64,000 nucleotides of DNA from Heptranchias perlo. Lineage: Eukaryota. The DNA lies in contig NW_027139264.1 of the NCBI RefSeq assembly GCF_035084215.1, positions 372,001 to 436,000 of the forward strand, in the 5' to 3' direction. The translations under genes were made by a program, and so were the position numbers. The stretch's first letter is position 1, and every line of letters starts with the position of its first letter. This document shows positions 13,201 to 27,659 of the stretch, piece after piece. The notes beneath the pieces are model-generated. The model was not told the origin of the DNA and did not search any database. It saw nothing but the letters and a program-made list of their open reading frames with translations.

Positions 13201-16200
13201 CGGTGTTTACCAGGAGAGAGGGGATTGGGGTAAATCTATCGGTGTTTACCAGGAGAGAGGGGATTTGGGTCAATCTATCGGTGTTTACCGAGAGAGGGGA
13301 TTAGGGTAAATCTATCAATGTTTACCGAGAGAGGGGAATGGGGTAAATCTATCAGTGTTTAACGAGAGAGGGGATTGGGGTAAATCTACCGGTGTTCACC
13401 GAGAGAGGGGATTAGGGTAAATCTATCAGTGTTTACCAAGAGAGGGGATTAGGGTAAAACTATCAGTGTTTACCGAGAGAGGGGATTAGGGTAAATCTAT
13501 CGGTGTTCACCGAGAGAGGGGATTGGGGTAAATCTATCGGTGTTCACTGAGAGAGGGGATTAGGGTAAATCTATCGGTGTTCACTGAGAGAGGGGATTAG
13601 GTTAAATCTATCGGTGTTTACCGAGAGAGGGGATTAGGGTAAATCTATCGGTGTTCACCGAGAGAGGGGATTAGGGTAACTCTATCGGTGTTCACCGAGA
13701 GAGGGGATTAGGGTAAATCTATCGGTGTTCACCGAGAGAGGGGATTAGGGTAAATCTATCAGTGTTCACCGAGAGAGGGGATTAGGGTAAATCTATCGGT
13801 GTTCACCGAGAGAGGGGATTAGGGTCAATCTATCGGTGTTCACCGAGAGAGGGGATTAGGGTCAATCTATCGGTGTTCACCGAGAGAGGGGATTAGGGTA
13901 AATCTATCGGTGTTTACTGAGAGAGGGGATTAGGGTAAATCTATCGGTGTTCAGCGAGAGAGGGGATTAGGGTAAATCCTTTGGTGTTTACCGAGAGAGG
14001 GGATTAGGGTAAATCTAATGGTGTTCACCGAGAGAGTGGATTAGGGTAAATCTATCGGTGTTTACCAGGAAAGGGGATTAGGGTAAATCTATCGGTGTTC
14101 ACCAGGAGAGAGGGGATTGGGGTAAATCTATCGGTGTTCACCAGGAGAGAGGGGATTAGGGTAAATCAATCGGTGTTTACTGAGAGAGGGGATTAGGGTA
14201 AATCTATCGGTGTTCACCGAGAGAGGGGATTAGGGTAAATCTATCGGTGTTCACCGAGAGAGGGGATTAGGGTAAATCTATCGGTGTTCACCAGGAGAGA
14301 GGGGATTAGTGTAAATCTATCGGTGTTTACCGAGAGAGGGGATTAGGGTAAATCTATCGGTGTTTACCGAGAGAGGGGATTAGGGTAAATCTATCGGTGT
14401 TTACCAGGAGAGAGGGGATTAGGGTAAATCTATCGGTGTTTACCGAGAGAGGGGATTGGGGTAAATCTATCGGTGTTTACCGAGAGAGGGGATTAGAATC
14501 TATCGGTGTTTACCGAGAGAGGGGATTAGGGTAAATCTATTGGTGTTTACCGAGAGAGGGGATTAGGGTAAATCTATCGGTGTTTACCAGGAGAGAGGGG
14601 ATTAGGGTAAATCTATCGGTGTTTACCGAGAGAGGGGATTGGGGTAAATCTATCGGTGTTTACCAGGAGAGAGGGGATTAGCGTAAATCTATCGGTGTTT
14701 ACCGAGAGAGGGGATTAGGGTAAATCTATCGGTGTTTACCGAGAGAGGGGATTAGGGTAAATCTATCAGTGTTCACCGAGAGAGGGGATTAGGGTAAATC
14801 TATCGGTGTTTACCGAGAGAGGGGATTAGGGTAAATCTATCGGTATTTACTGAGAGAGGGGATTAGGGTAAATCTATCGGTGTTCACCGAGAGAGGGGAT
14901 TAGGGTCAATCTATCGGTGTTTACCGAGAGAGGGGATTGGGGTAAATCTATCGGTGTTCACCGAGAGAGGAGATTAGGGTAAATCTATCGGTGTTTACCG
15001 AGAGAGGGGATTAGGGTAAATCTATCGGTGTTTACCAGGAGAGGGGATTAGGGTAAATCTATCGATGTTTACCGAGAGAGGGGATTAGGGTAAATCTATC
15101 GGTGTTTACCCGGAGAGGGGATTAGGGTAAATCTATCGATCTTTACCGAGAGAGGGGATTAGGGTCAATCTATCGGTGTTTACCGAGAGAGGGGATTGGG
15201 GTAAATCTATCGGTGTTCACCGAGAGAGGAGATTAGGGTAAATCTATCGGTGTTTACCGAGAGAGGGGATTAGGGTAAATCTATCGGTGTTTACCAGGAG
15301 AGGGGATTAGGGTAAATCTATCGATGTTTACTGAGAGAGGGGATTAGGGTAAATCTATCAGTGTTTACCGAGAGAGGGGATTAGGGTAAATCTATCGGTG
15401 TTTACCGAGAGAGGGGATTAGGGTAAATCTATCGGTGTTTACCCGGAGAGGGGATTAGGGTAAATCTATCGATCTTTACCGAGAGAGGGGATTAGGGTAA
15501 ATCTATCGGTGTTTACCAGGAGAGGGGATTAGGGTAAATCTATCGGTGTTTACCGAGAGAGGGGATTAGGGTAAATCTATCGGTGTTCACCGAGAGAGGG
15601 GATTAGGGTAAATCTGTCGGTGTTTACCGAGAGAGGGGATTACGGTAAATCTATCGGTGTTTACCGAGAGAGGGGATTAGGGTAAATCTATCGGTGTTCA
15701 CCGAGAGAGGGGATTAGGGTAAATCTATCGGTGTTCACCAGGAGAGAGGGGATTAGGGTAAATCTATCGGTGTTTACCAGGAGAGAGGGGATTAGGGTAA
15801 ATCTATCAGTGTTTACCGAGAGAGGGGATTGGGGTAAATCTATCGGTGTTTACCGATAGAGGGGATTAGGGTCAATCTATCGGTGTTTAACAGGAGAGAG
15901 GGGATTAGGGTAAATCTATCGGTGTTTACCGAGAGAGGGGATTAGGGTCAATCTATCGGTGTTTACCGAGAGAGGGGATTAGGGTAAATCTATCAATGTT
16001 TACCGAGAGAGGGGATTGGGGTAAATCTATCGGTGTTTAACAGGAGAGAGGGGATTAGGGTAAATCTATCGGTGTTTACCGAGAGAGGGGATTAGGGTCA
16101 ATCTATCGGTGTTTACCGAGCGAGGGGATTAGGGTAAATCTATCAATGTTTACCGAGAGACGGGATTGGGGTAAATCTATCGGTGTTTACCGAGGGAGGG

Positions 16201-19200
16201 GATTGGGGTAAATCTACCGGTGCTTACCGAGAGAGGGGATTGGGGTAAATCTATCGGTGTTTACCGAGAGAGGGGATTCGGGTAAATCTATCGGTGTTTA
16301 CCGAGAGAGGGGATTCGGGTAAATCTATCGGTGTTTACCAGGAGATAGGGGATTGGGGTAAATCTATCGGTGTTTACCAGGAGAGAGGGGATTTTGGTCA
16401 ATCTATCGGTGTTTACCGAGAGAGGGGATTAGGGTAAATCTATCAATGTTTACCGAGAGAGGGGAATGGGGTAAATCTATCAGTGTTTACCAAGAGAGGG
16501 GATTGGGGTAAATCTACCGGTGTTCACCGAGAGAGGAGATTAGGGTAAATCTATCAGTGTTTACCGAGAGAGGGGATTAGGGTAAAACTATCAGTGTTTA
16601 CCGAGAGAGGGGATTAGGGTAAATCTATCAGTGTTTACCGAGAGAGGGGATTAGGGTAAAACTATCAGTGTTTACCGAGAGAGGGGATTAGGGTAAATCT
16701 ATCAGTGTTTACCGAGAGAGGGGATTGGGGTAAATCTATCGGTGTTTACCGAGAGAGGGGATTCTGGTAAATCTATCGGTGTTTACCGAGAGAGGGGATT
16801 AGGGTAAATCTATCGGTGTTTACCAGGAGAGAAGGGATTAGGGTAAATCTATCGGTGTTTACCGAGAGAGGGGATTAGGGTAAATCTATCAGTGTTCACC
16901 GAGAGAGGGGATTAGGGTAAATCTATCGGTGTTTACCGAGAGAGGGGATTAGGGTAAATCTATCGGTGTTTACTGAGAGAGGGGATTAGGGTAAATCTAT
17001 CGGTGTTCACCGAGAGAGGGGATTAGGGTAAATCTATCGGTGTTTACCGAGAGAGGGGATTGGGGTAAATCTATCGGTGTTCACCGAGAGAGGGGATTGG
17101 GGTAAATCTATCGGTGTTTACCGAGAGAGGGGATCAGGGTAAATCTATCGGTGTTTACCGAGAGAGGGGATTAGGGTAAATCTATCGGTGTTTACCGAGA
17201 GAGGGGATTAGGGTAAATCTATCGGTGTTTACCGAGAGAGGGGATTAGGGTAAATCTATCGGTGTTTACCTGGAGAGGGGATTAGGGTAAATCTATCGAT
17301 GTTTACCGAGAGAGGGGATTAGGGTAAATCTATCGGTGTTCACCGAGAGAGGGGATTAGGGTAAATCTATCGGAGTTCACCAGGAGAGAGGGGATTAGGG
17401 TAAATCTATCGGTGTTTACCGAGAGAGGGGATTGGGGTAAATCTATCGGTGTTTACCGAGAGAGGGGATTGGGGTAAATCTATCGTTGTTTACCAGGAGA
17501 GAGGGGATTAGGGTAAATCTATCGGTGTTTACCGAGAGAGGGGATTCGGTTAAATCTATCGGTGTTCACCGAGAGAGGGGATTAGGGTAAATCTATCAGT
17601 GTTCACCAGGAGAGAGGGGATTAGGGTAAATCTATCGGTGTTTACCGAGAGAGGGGATTAGGGTAAATCTATTGGTGTTCACCGAGAGAGGGGATGAAGG
17701 TAAATCTATCGGTGTTCACCAGGAGAGAGGGGATTAGGGTAAATCTATCGGTGTTTACCGAGAGAGGGGTTTGGGGTAAATCTATCGGTGTTTACCGAGA
17801 GAGGGGATTGGGGTAAATCTATCGGTGTTTACCAGGAGAGAGGGGATTTGGGTCAATCTATCGGTGTTTACCGAGAGAGGGGATTAGGGTAAATCTATCA
17901 ATGTTTACCGAGAGAGGGGAATGGGGTAAATCTATCAGTGTTTACCGAGAGAGGGGATTGGGGTAAATCTACCGGTGTTCACCGAGAGAGGGGATTAGGG
18001 TAAATCTATCAGTGTTTACCGAGAGAGGGGATTAGGGTAAAACTATCAGTGTTTACCGAGAGAGGGGATTAGGGTAAATCTATCGCTGTTCACCGAGAGA
18101 GGGGATTAGGGTAACTCTATCGGTGTTCACCGAGAGAGGGGATTAGGGTAAATCTATCGGTGTTCACCGAGAGAGGGGATTAGGGTCAATCTATCGGTGT
18201 TCACCGAGAGAGGGGATTAGGGTAAATCTATCGGTGTTCACCGAGAGAGGGGATTAGGGTCAATCTATCGGTGTTCACCGAGAGAGGGGATTAGGGTAAA
18301 TCTATCGGTGTTCACCGAGAGAGGGGATTAGGGTAAATCTATTGGTGTTCACCGAGAGAGGGGATTGGGGTAAATCTATCGGTGTTCAGCGAGAGAGGGG
18401 ATTAGGGTAAATCTATTGGTGTTTACCGAGAGAGGGGATTAGGGTAAATCTAATGGTGTTCACCGAGAGAGTGGATTAGGGTAAATCTATCGGTGTTTAC
18501 CAGGAGAGGGGATTAGGGTAAATCTATCGGTGTTCACCAGGAGAGAGGGGATTGGGGTAAATCTATCGGTGTTCACCAGGAGAGAGGGGATTAGGGTAAA
18601 TCAATCGGTGTTTACTGAGAGAGGTGATTAGGGTAAATCTATCGGTGTTCACCGAGAGAGGGGATTAGGGTAAATCTATCGGTGTTCACCGAGAGAGGGG
18701 ATTAGGGTAAATCTATCGGTGTTCACCAGGAGAGAGGGGATTAGTGTAAATCTATCGGTGTTTACCGAGAGAGGGGATTAGAATCTATCGGTGTTTACCG
18801 AGAGAGGGGATTAGGGTAAATCTATCGGTGTTCACCGAGAGAGGGGATTCGGGTAAATCTGTCGGTGTTTACCGAGAGAGGGGATTACGGTAAATCTATC
18901 GGTGTTTACCGAGAGAGGGGATTAGGGTAAATCTATCGGTGTTCACCGAGAGAGGGGATTAGGGTAAATCTATCGGTGTTCACCAGGAGAGAGGGGATTA
19001 GGGTAAATCTATCGGTGTTTACCAGGAGAGAGGGGATTAGGGTAAATCTATCAGTGTTTACCGAGAGAGGGGATTGGGGTAAATCTATCGGTGTTTACCG
19101 ATAGAGGGGATTAGGGTCAATCTATCGGTGTTTAACAGGAGAGAGGGGATTAGGGTAAATCTATCGGTGTTTACCGAGAGAGGGGATTAGGGTCAATCTA

Positions 19201-22200
19201 TCGGTGTTTACCGAGAGAGGGGATTGGGGTAAATCTATCAATGTTTACCGAGAGAGGGGATTGGGGTAAATCTATCGGTGTTTAACAGGAGAGAGGGGAT
19301 TAGGGTAAATCTATCGGTGTTTACCGAGAGAGGGGATTAGGGTAAATCTAACGGTGTTCTCCGAGAGAGGGGATTAGGGTAACTCTATCGGTGTTCACCG
19401 AGAGAGGGGATTAGGGTAAATCTATCGGTGTTCACCGAGAGAGGGGATTAGGGTAAATCTATCGGTGTTCACCGAGAGAGGGGATTAGGGTAAATCTATC
19501 GGTGTTCACCGAGAGAGGGGATTAGGGTAAATCTATCGCTGTTCACCGAGAGAGGGGATTAGGGTAAATCTATCGGTGTTCACCGAGAGAGGGGATTAGG
19601 TTCAATCTATCGGTGTTCACCGAGAGAGGGGATTAGGGTAAATCTATCGGTGTTTACTGAGAGAGGGGATTAGGGTAAATCTATCGGTGTTCAGCGAGAG
19701 AGGGGATTAGGGTAAATCTATTGGTGTTTACCGAGAGAGGGGATTAGGGTAAATCTAATGGTGTTCACCGAGAGAGTGGATTAGGGTAAATCTATCGGTG
19801 TTTACCAGGAGAGGGGATTAGGGTAAATCTATCGGTGTTCACCAGGAGAGAGGGGATTGGGGTAAATCTATCGGTGTTCACCAGGAGAGAGGGGATTAGG
19901 GTAAATCAATCGGTGTTTACTGAGAGAGGGGATTAGGGTAAATCTATCGGTGTTCACCGAGAGAGGGGATTAGGGTAAATCTATCGGTGTTCACCGAGAG
20001 AGGGGATTAGGGTAAAACTATCGGTGTTCACCAGGAGAGAGGGGATTAGGGTAAATCTATCGGTGTTTACCGAGAGAGGGGATTAGGGTAAATCTATCGG
20101 TGTTTACCGAGAGAGGGGATCAGTGTAAATCTATCGGTGTTTACCGAGAGAGGGGATTAGAATCTATCGGTGTTTACCGAGAGAGGGGATTAGGGTAAAT
20201 CTATCGGTGTTCACCGAGAGAGGGGATTAGGGTAAAACTATCGGTGTTCACCGAGAGAGGGGATTAGGGTAAAACTATCGGTGTTCACCAGGAGAGAGGG
20301 GATTAGGGTAAATCTATCGGTGTTTACCGAGAGAGGGGATTAGGGTAAATCTATCGGTGTTTACCGAGAGAGGGGATCAGTGTAAATCTATCGGTGTTTA
20401 CCGAGAGAGGGGATTAGAATCTATCGGTGTTTACCGAGAGAGGGGATTAGTGTAAATCTATCGGTGTTTACCGAGAGAGGGGATTAGAATCTATCGGTGT
20501 TTACCGAGAGAGGGGATTAGGGTAAATCTATCGGTGTTTACCAGGAGAGAGGGGATTAGGGTAAATCTATCGGTGTTTACCGAGAGAGGGGATTGGGGTA
20601 AATCTATCGCTGTTTACCGAGAGAGGGGATTGGGGTAAATCTATCGGTGTTTACCGAGAGAGGGGATTAGGGTAAATCTATCGGTGTTTACCGAGAGAGG
20701 GGATTAGGGTAAATCTATCGGTGTTTACCGAGAGAGGGGATTAGAATCTATCGGTGTTTACCGAGAGAGGGGATTAGGGTAAATCTATTGGTGTTTACCG
20801 AGAGAGGGGATTAGGGTAAATCTATCGGTGTTTACCAGGAGAGAGGGGATTAGGGTAAATCTATCGGTGTTTACCGAGAGAGAGGATTGGGGTAAATCTA
20901 TCGGTGTTTACCAGGAGAGAGGGGATTAGGGTAAATCTATCGGTGTTTACCGAGAGAGGGGATTAGGGTAAATCTATCGGTGTTTACCGAGAGAGGGGAT
21001 TAGGGTAAATCTATCAGTGTTCACCGAGAGAGGGGATTAGGGTAAATCTATCGGTGTTTACCGAGAGAGGGGATTAGGGTAAATCTATCGGTGTTTACTG
21101 AGAGAGGGGATTAGGGTAAATCTATCGGTGTTCACCGAGAGAGGGGATTAGGGTAAATCTATCGGTGTTTACCGAGAGAGGGGATTGGGGTAAATCTATC
21201 GGTGTTCACCGAGAGAGGGGATTAGGGTAAATCTATCGGTGTTTACCGAGAGAGGGGATTAGGGTCAATCTATCGGTGTTTACCAGGAGAGGGGATTAGG
21301 GTAAATCTATCGATGTTTACCGAGAGAGGGGATTAGGGTAAATCTATCAGTGTTTACCGAGAGAGGGGATTAGGGTAAATCTATCGGTGTTTACCGAGAG
21401 AGGGGATTAGGGTAAATCTATCGGTGTTTACCAGGAGAGGGGATTAGGGTAAATCTATCGATGTTTACCGAGAGAGGGGATTAGGGTAAATCTATCGGTG
21501 TTTACCAGGAGAGGGGATTAGGGTAAATCTATCGGTGTTTAACGAGAGAGGGGATTAGGGTAAATCTATCGGTGTTCACCGAGAGAGGGGATTAGGGTAA
21601 ATCTGTCGGTGTTTACCGAGAGAGGGGATTACGGTAAATCTATCGGTGTTTACCGAGAGAGGGGATTAGGGTAAATCTATCGGTGTTCACCGAGAGAGGG
21701 GATTAGGGTAAATCTATCGGTGTTCACCAGGAGAGAGGGGATTAGGGTAAATCTATCGGTGTTTACCGATAGAGGGGATTAGGGTCAATCTATCGGTGTT
21801 TAACAGGAGAGAGGGGATTAGGGTAAATCTATCGGTGTTTACCGAGAGAGGGGATTAGGGTCAATCTATCGGTGTTTACCGAGAGAGGGGATTAGGGTAA
21901 ATCCATCAATGTTTACCGAGAGAGGGGATTGGGGTAAATCTATCGGTGTTTAACAGGAGAGAGGGGATTAGGGTAAATCTATCGGTGTTTACCGAGAGAG
22001 GGGATTAGGGTCAATCTATCGGTGTTTACCGAGAGAGGGGATTAGGGTAAATCTATCAATGTTTACCGAGAGAGGGGATTGGGGTAAATCTACCGGTGCT
22101 TACCGAGAGAGGGGATTAGGGTAAATCTATCGGTGTTTACCGAGAGAGGCGAATCGGGTAAATCTATCGGTGTTTACCGAGAGAGGGGATTAGGGTAAAT

Positions 22201-22760
22201 CTATCGGTGTTTACCAGGAGAGAGGGGATTGGGGTAAATCTATCGGTGTTTACCAGGAGAGAGGGGATTTTGGTCAATCTATCGGTGTTTACCGAGAGAG
22301 GGGATTAGGGTAAATCTATCAATGTTTACTGAGAGAGGGGAATGGGGTAAATCTATCAGTGTTTACCGAGAGAGGGGATTGGGGTAAATCTACCGGTGTT
22401 CACCGAGAGAGGGGATTAGGGTAAATCTATCAGTGTTTACCGAGAGAGGGGATTAGGGTAAAACTATCAGAGTTTACCGAGAGAGGGGATTAGGGTAAAT
22501 CTATCAGTGTTTACCGAGAGAGGGGATTAGGGTAAAACTATCAGTGTTTACCGAGAGAGGGGATTAGGGTAAATCTATCAGTGTTTACCGAGAGAGGGGA
22601 TTCTGGTAAATCTATCGGTGTTTACCGAGAGAGGGGATTAGGGTAAATCTATCGGTGTTTACCAGGAGAGAAGGGATTAGGGTAAATCTATCGGTGTTTA
22701 CCGAGAGAGGGGATAAGGGCAAATCTATCGGTGTTTACCGAGAGAGGGGATTAGGGCAAA
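10257..22760. repeat. 37-bp satellite A (GTAAATCTATCGGTGTTYACCGAGAGAGGGGATTAGG)n, ~335 copies
   Basis: 12.5-kb continuous array with recurring variant blocks. Confidence 0.98.
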
Positions 22761-22960
22761 TCTATCAGTGTTCACCAGTGGAGAGGTTTATGGTAAATCT
22801 ACCAGTGTTCACCACGGGAGAGGTTTATGGTAAATCTACTGGTGTTTACCAGGGGAGATGTTTTTAGTAAATCTACCAGTGTTTACCAGGGGAGAGGTTT
22901 ATGGTAAATCTACCAGTGTTGACCGGGGGAGAGGTTTATGGTATATCTATAGGTGCTAAC
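22761..22960. repeat. transition zone of divergent 37-bp units between satellites A and B
   Basis: Units such as GTAAATCTACCAGTGTTCACCACGGGAGAGGTTTATG, in register with both arrays. Confidence 0.8.
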
Positions 22961-25900
22961 TAGGAGAGTGTATTGCGGTATATCTATTGGTGTTTACCGG
23001 GAGGGTGTATTGCGGCATATCTCTTGGTGCGTACCAGGAGAGTGTATTGCGGTATGTCTATTGGTGTTTACCGGGAGAGTGTATTGCGGTATATCTATCG
23101 GTGTTTACCGGGAGAGTGCATTGCGGTATATCTGTTGGTGTTTACCGGGAGAGTGTATTGCGGTATATCTATTGGTGTTTCCCGGGAGAGTGCATTGCGG
23201 TATATCTGTTGGTGTTTACCGGGAGAGTGTATTGCGGTATATCTATCGGTGTTTACCGGGAGAGTGTATTGCGGTATATCTATTGGTGTTTACCGGGAGA
23301 GTGTATTGCGGTATATCTATTGGTGTTTACCGGGAGAGCAAATTGCTGTAAATCTATTGGTGTTTACCGGGAGAGTGTATTGCGGTATATCTATCGGTAT
23401 TTACCGGGAGAGTGCATTGCGGTATATCTGTTGGTGTTTACCGGGAGAGTGCATTGCGGTATATCTGTTGGTGTTTACCGGGAGAGTGTATTGCGGTATA
23501 TCTATCGGTGTTTACCGGGAGAGTGTATTGCGGTATATCTGTTGGTGTTTACCGGGAGAGTGTATTGCGGTATATCTATTGGTGTTTACCGGGAGAGTGT
23601 ATTGCGATATATCTGTTGGTGTTTACCGGGAGAGTGTATTGCGACATATCTATCAGTGTTTACCGGGAGAGTGTATTGCGGTTTATCTATCGGTGTTTAC
23701 CGGGAGAGTGTATTGCGGTATATCTATTGGTGTTTACCGGGAGAGTGTATTGCGGTATATCTATTGGTGCTTACCGGGAGAGTGTATTGCGATATATCTA
23801 TCGGTGTTTACCGGGAGAGTGTATTGCGGTATATCTATTGGTGTTTACCGGGAGAGTGTATTGCGGTATATCTATTGGTGTTTACCGGGAGAGTGTATTG
23901 CGATATATCTATCGGTGTTTACCGGGAGAGTGTATTGCGGTATATCTGTTGGTGTTTACCGGGAGAGTGTATTGCGGTATATCTATTGGTGTTTACCGGG
24001 AGAGTGTATTGCGATATATCTATTGGTGTTTACCGGGAGAGTGTATTGCGATATATCTATCGGTGTTTATCGGGAGAGTGTATTGCGGTATATCTATCGG
24101 TGTTTACCGGGAGAGTGTATTGCGGTATATCTATTGGTGTTTACCGGGAGAGTGTATTGCGATATATCTATTGGTGTTTACCGGGAGAGTGTATTGCGAT
24201 ATATCTATCGGTGTTTACCGGGAGAGTGTATTGCGGTATATCTATCGGTGTTTACCGGGAGAGTGTATTGCGGTATATTTATCGGTGTTTACCGGGAGAG
24301 TGTATTGCGGTATATTTATCGGTGTTTACCGGGAGAGTGTATTGCGGTATATCTATTGGTGTTTACCGGGAGAGTGTATTGCGGTATATCTATTGGTGTT
24401 TACCAGGAGGGTGTATTGCGGTATATCTATCGGTGTTTACCGGGAGAGTGTATTGCGGTATATTTATCGGTGTTTACCGGGAGAGTGTATTGCGGTATAT
24501 CTATCGGTGTTTACCGGGAGAGTGTATTGCGGTATATCTATCGGTGTTTACCGGGAGAGTGTATTGCGGTATATCTATCGGTGTTTACCGGGAGAGTGTA
24601 TTGCGGTATATCTATCGGTGTTTACCGGGAGAGTGTATTGCGGTATATTTATCGGTGTTTACCGGGAGAGTGTATTGCGGTATATCTATTGGTGTTTACC
24701 GGGAGAGTGTATTGCGGTATATCTATTGGTGTTTACCAGGAGGGTGTATTGCGGTATATCTATTGGTGTTTACTGGGAGAGTGTATTGCGGTATATCTAT
24801 CGGTGTTTACCGGGAGAGTGTATTGCGGTATATCGACCGGTGTTTACCGGGAGAGTGTATTGCGGTATATCTATCGGTGTTTACCGGGAGAGTGTATTGC
24901 GGTATATCTATCGGTGTTTACCGGGAGAGTGTATTGCGGTATATCTATCTGTGTTTACCGGGAGAGTGTATTGCGGTATATCTATCGGTGTTTACCGGGA
25001 GACTGTATTGCGGTATATCTATCGGTGTTTACCGGGAGAGTGTATTGGGGTATATCTATCTGTGTTTACCGGGAGAGTGTATTGCGGTATATCTATCGGT
25101 GTTTACCGGGAGAGTGTATTGCGGTATATCTATTGGTGCTTACCGGGAGAGTGTATTGCGATATATCTATCGGTGTTTACCGGGAGAGTGTATTGCGGTA
25201 TATCTGTTGGTGTTTACCGGGAGAGTGTATTGCGGTATATCTATTGGTGTTTACCGGGAGAGTGTATTGCGATATATCTATTGGTGTTTACCGGGAGAGT
25301 GTATTGCGATATATCTATCGGTGTTTACCGGGAGAGTGTATTGCGGTATATCTATCGGTGTTTACCGGGAGAGTGCATTGCGGTATATCTGTTGGTGTTT
25401 ACCGGGAGAGTGTATTGCGGTATATCTATTGGTGTTTCCCGGGAGAGTGCATTGCGGTATATCTGTTGGTGTTTACCGGGAGAGTGTATTGCGGTATATC
25501 TATCGGTGTTTACCGGGAGAGTGTATTGCGGTATATCTGTTGGTGTTTACCGGGAGAGTGTATTGCGGTATATCTATTGGTGTTTACCGGGAGAGTGCAT
25601 TGCGGTATATCTGTTGGTGTTTACCGGGAGAGTGTATTGCGGTATATCTATCGGTGTTTACCGGGAGAGTGTATTGCGGTATATCTATCGGTGTTTACCG
25701 GGAGAGTGTATTGCGGTATATCTGTTGGTGTTTACCGGGAGAGTGTATTGCGGTATATCTATCTGTGCTTACCGGGAGAGTGTATTGCGGTATATCTATC
25801 GGTGTTTACCGGGAGAGTGTATTGCGGTATATCCATCTGTGTTTACCGGGAGAGTGTATTGCGATATATCTATTGGTGTTTACCGGGAGAGTGTATTGCG

Positions 25901-27659
25901 GTATATCTATTGGTGCTTACCGGGAGAGTGTATTGCGATATATCTATCGGTGTTTACCGGGAGAGTGTATTGCGGTATATCTGTTGGTGTTTACCGGGAG
26001 AGTGTATTGCGGTATATCTATTGGTGTTTACCGGGAGAGTGTATTGCGATATATCTATTGGTGTTTACCGGGAGAGTGTATTGCGATATATCTATCGGTG
26101 TTTACCGGGAGAGTGTATTGCGGTATATCTATCGGTGTTTACCGGGAGAGTGTATTGCGGTATATCTATTGGTGTTTACCGGGAGAGTGTATTGCGATAT
26201 ATCTATTGGTGTTTACCGGGAGAGTGTATTGCGATATATCTATCGGTGTTTACCGGGAGAGTGTATTGCGGTATATCTATCGGTGTTTACCGGGAGAGTG
26301 TATTGCGGTATATTTATCGGTGTTTACCGGGAGAGTGTATTGCGGTATATTTATCGGTGTTTACCGGGAGAGTGTATTGCGGTATATCTATTGGTGTTTA
26401 CCGGGAGAGTGTATTGCGGTATATCTATTGGTGTTTACCAGGAGGGTGTATTGCGGTATATCTATCGGTGTTTACCGGGAGAGTGTATTGCGGTATATTT
26501 ATCGGTGTTTACCGGGAGAGTGTATTGCGGTATATCTATCGGTGTTTACCGGGAGAGTGTATTGCGGTATATCTATCGGTGTTTACCGGGAGAGTGTATT
26601 GCGGTATATCTATCGGTGTTTACCGGGAGAGTGTATTGCGGTATATCTATCGGTGTTTACCGGGAGAGTGTATTGCGGTATATTTATCGGTGTTTACCGG
26701 GAGAGTGTATTGCGGTATATCTATTGGTGTTTACCGGGAGAGTGTATTGCGGTATATCTATTGGTGTTTACCGGGAGGGTGTATTGCGGTATATCTATCG
26801 GTGTTTACTGGGAGAGTGTATTGCGGTATATCTATCGGTGTTTACCGGGAGAGTGTATTGCGGTATATCGATCGGTGTTTACCGGGAGAGTGTATTGCGG
26901 TATATCTATCGGTGTTTACCGGGAGAGTGTATTGCGGTCTATCTATCGGTGTTTACCGGGAGAATGTATTGCGGTATATCTATCTGTGTTTACCGGGAGA
27001 GTGTATTGCGGTATATCTATCGGTGTTTACCGGGAGAGTGTATTGCGGTATATCTATCTGTGTTTACCGGGAGAGTGTATTGCGGTATATCTATCGGTGT
27101 TTACCGGGAGACTGTATTGCGGTATATCTATCGGTGTTTACCGGGAGAGTGTATTGGGGTATATCTATCTGTGTTTAGCGGGAGAGTGTATTGCGGTATA
27201 TCTATCGGTGTTTACCGGGAGAGTGTATTGCGGTATATCTATTGGTGTTTACCGGGAGAGTGCATTGCGGTATATCTATCGGTGTTTACCGGGAGAGTGC
27301 ATTGCGGTATATCTATCGGTGTTTACCGGGAGAGTGTATTGCGGTATATCTATCGGTGTTTACCGGGAGAGTGTATTGCGGTATATCTATCGGTGTTTAC
27401 CGGGAGAGTGTATTGCGGTATATCTATTGGTGTTTACCGGGAGAGTGTATTGCGGTATATCTATCGGTGTTTACCGGGAGAGTGTATTGCGGTATATCTA
27501 TCGGTGTTTACCGGGAGAGTGTATTGCGGTATATCTATCGGTGTTTACCGGGAGAGTGTATTGCGGTATATCTATCGGTGTTTACCGGGAGAGTGTATTG
27601 CGGTATATCTATTGGTGTTTACCGGGAGAGTGTATTGCGGTATATCTATTGGTGTTTAC
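22961..27659. repeat. 37-bp satellite B (GTATATCTATCGGTGTTTACCGGGAGAGTGTATTGCG)n, ~127 copies
   Basis: 4.7-kb array that differs from the A consensus at 6 of 37 positions and ends at the splice donor at 27659-27658. Confidence 0.98.

Noticed and set aside
10257-27659. CRISPR-like appearance of the 37-bp repeats
   Set aside because: Units are head-to-tail with no unique spacers, there are no cas genes, and the context is eukaryotic.
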